Positions 61,416 to 64,000 of a stretch of DNA of 64,000 nucleotides are shown piece after piece (within the stretch, counting starts at the first letter, position 1; every line of letters starts with the position of its first letter). Source of the stretch: Squalus acanthias (taxonomy: Eukaryota); assembly GCA_030390025.1 (NCBI GenBank), contig JASTWF010000036.1, positions 3,226,001-3,290,000 of the forward strand. The letters run 5' to 3'. Position numbers and translations under genes: made by a program. The notes beneath the pieces are model-generated. The model made no database searches and had not been told where the DNA came from. It worked only from the letters and a program-made list of their open reading frames with translations.

Positions 61416-64000
61416 GGGAAGAGCTGGAAATCAAATAGATTTAAGGCCAGGGTAAAGCTGGGAAAAGGGGGAGGGGATAAAGGAACAAAGGAGGAGATGA
61501 AGAGACATTAAGAGACATTAAGAGATATGCAAGGCTAGAGGTGGTGTTAATGTGACAGATTAAGGCTGAATGAAGTGTGAAATCTACTGGCAGAATGAAG
61601 GACAGCTGCCAGCTTCTAGGAGGAAAAAAAAGGTGGGGGGGACAAATAAAAGGGTGGATAAAATAAAATATAAATGTGATTGGAGCTGAGGTTATGATCT
61701 GAAATTGTTGAACTCGATATTGAGTCCAGAGGGCTGTAGCGTGCCTAAACGAAAGATGAGGTGCTGTTCCTCGAGCTTACGCTGAGCTTCCGTGGAACAG
61801 TGTATTAGGCCGAGGACGGTGAGGTCAGAGTGGGAGTGAAGCGGTGAATTAAAGTGACAGGCCACCGGGAGCTCGGGGTCCCCCTTACGGACTGAACGGA
61901 GGTGTTCCGCAAAGCGGTCACCCAATCTGCGTTTGGTCTCCCCAATGTAGAGGAGTCCACATCGTGAGCAGCGAATACAGTATACTAAATTGCAGGAAGT
62001 ACAAGTAAATCGCTGTTTCACCTGGAAGGGGTGTTTGGGGCCCTGGACAGTGGGAAGAGGGGAGGTATAAGGGCATGTGTTGCATCTCCTGCGCGTGCAC
62101 GGGAAGGTGCCGGGCGAAGGGGAAGGGGTGCTGGGGGTGGTAGAGGAGTGGACTAGGGTGTCGCGGAGGGAGCGGTCCCTGCGGAATGCTGAAAGGGGAG
62201 GTGAGGGGAAGATGTGTTTGGTGGTGGGATCACGCTGGAGGTGGCGGAAATGGCGGAGGATGATCCGTTGAATGTGGAGGCTGGTGGGGTGAAAGGTGAG
62301 GACAAGGGGAACCCTATCGTGGTTCCGGGAGGGAGGGGCAGGGGTGAGGGCAGATGTGCGGGAGATAGAACGGACACGGTCGAGGGCCGTGTCGACCACG
62401 GTAGAGGGGAATCCTCGGTTGAGGAAAAAGGAAGACATGTCGGAAGCACTGGTATGGAAGGTGGCATCATCAGAGCAGATGCGGCGGAGACGGAGAAACT
62501 GGGAGAATGGAATAGAGTCCTTACAGGAGGCGGGGTGGGAGGAAGTGTAGTCCAGGTAGCTGTGGGAGTCGGTGGGCTTGTAGTGAATGTTAGTCAATAA
62601 CCTATCCCCAGAGATGGAGATGGAGAAGTCGAGGAAGGGAAGAGAAGAGTCGGAGATGGACCATGTGAAGGTGAGGGAAGGGTGGAAATTGGAAGCATAG
62701 TGAATGAAATGTTCTAGTTCAGGGCGAGAGCACAGTAATGCTGAGGTTGGGGATGGCATTAAACGGGAAATTAGAGATGCGTGCAATAAGGGCACAGCAG
62801 TTATCATGGGTGACTTTAATCTACATATAGATTGGGCTAACCAAATTAGTAACAATACTGTGGAGGAGGAATTCCTAGAGTGTTTACAGGATGGTTTCCT
62901 GGACCAATATGTAAAATGTCGAGGAACCAACTAGAGATCAGGCCATCTTAGACTGGGTATTATGTAATGAGAAAGGATTCATTAGCAATCTTGTTGTGTG
63001 AGGCTCCTTGGGTCGGAGCGATCATAATATGATAGAATTCTTCATTAAGATGGAGAGTGAAGTAGTTGACTCAGAGACTAGGGTCCTGAATTTAAATAAA
63101 GGAAACTACGATGGTATGAGGCGCGAATTGGCTAGGATGGATTGGGGAACGTTACTTAAAGGGTTGACGGTGGATAGGCAATGGCAAACATTTAAAGATC
63201 GCATGGATGAACTATAGAATTTGTTCATCCCTGTTTGGCATAAAAATAAAACAAAAAAGGTGACTCAACCGTGGCTAACAAGGGAAATTAGGGATAGCAT
63301 AAGATCCAAGGAGAGGACATATAAATTGGCCAGAAAAAGCAGCAAACCTGAGGATTGGGAGCAGTTTAGGATTCAGCAAAGGAGGACAAAGGGATTAATT
63401 AAGAGGGGGAAAATAGAGTATGAGAGTAAGCTTTCAGGGAACATAAAAACTGACTGTAAAAGCTTCTATAGATATGTGAAGAGAAAAAGATTGGTGAAGT
63501 CAAGCGTAGGTCCCTTGCAGTCAGAATCAGGGGAATTTATAATGGGGAACAAAGAAATGGCACACCAATTAAATGCATACTTTGGTTCTGTCTTCACAAA
63601 GGAGGACACAGATAACCTCCCAGAGATGTCAGGGAACATAGGGGCTAATGAGAGGGAAGAACTGAATGAAATCAGTATTTGTAGGGAAATGGTGTTAGGA
63701 AAATTGACGGGATTGAAGGCCGATAAATCCCCAGGGCCTGATAATCTACATCCTAGGGTACTTAAGGAAGTGGCCCTAGAAATAGTAGATGCATTGCTGG
63801 TCATCTTCCAGAATTCTATGGACTCTGGAACAGTTCCCATGGATTGGAGGGTAGCTAATGTAACCCCACTATTTAAAAAAGGTGGGAGAGAGAAAACAGG
63901 GAATTATAGACCGGTGGGCCTGACATCGGTAGTGGGGAAAATGCTAGAGTCCATTATAAAAGATGTAATAGCAGAGCACTTGGAAAGCAGTGACAGGATC

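Larger units (their letters stand above)
58119..62731 (-). mobile_element. Penelope-like retroelement (Neptune-like): a 5'-truncated copy followed by a full copy (partial tandem/pLTR structure)
   Basis: Direct repeat 58119-59532 / 61318-62731 (offset 3199). 8-bp TSD ACAGTAAT at 58111-58118 and 62732-62739 splits a CR1 ORF2 at YRPPNSN|AEVGDG. Confidence 0.95.
56688..64000 (+). mobile_element. Decayed CR1 LINE (ORF1 end plus ORF2 endonuclease and RT start), interrupted by a MITE and the PLE; runs off the window
   Basis: CLNARRIHNKVDEL..IIGITETWL..GGGVALLVK..GVVYRPPNS (57789-58118) resumes at 62732 with VIMGDFN..LGRSDHNMIEF..KSPGPDNLHPRVLKE..GNYRPVGLTSVVGK. Frameshift near 62912 and a stop near 63216. 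The 5' part is duplicated at 55459-55665. Confidence 0.92.

Overview
Vertebrate genomic DNA, probably a cartilaginous fish. This is inferred from the repeat set: DeuSINE/SacSINE1-like SINEs, CR1, CR1-Zenon-like and L2 LINEs, Penelope-like elements and Harbinger-type MITEs. The window lies inside one minus-strand gene, integrin alpha-7 (ITGA7). Nine coding exons were located with GT-AG boundaries and consistent phase (48820 down to 3467), including both alternative exons X1 and X2. The first and last exons are outside the window. The introns are mostly transposon-derived. Notable content: (1) a young Penelope-like retroelement with an intact RT plus GIY-YIG ORF, in partial-tandem (pLTR) form with an 8-bp TSD and a minimal hammerhead ribozyme motif in each repeat, in the same orientation as the host gene; (2) a 1229-bp tandem duplication explained by unequal exchange between two MITE copies; (3) an unexplained CpG-rich multi-hairpin element of about 740 bp between exon 4 and the X1/X2 cassette; (4) a 3.2-kb minisatellite of 44-46-bp units; (5) a solo LTR nested in a MITE, two decayed Harbinger transposons and a histone H4 pseudogene. 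All calls were made by eye with no database searches. Repeat boundaries without a stated TSD are approximate.
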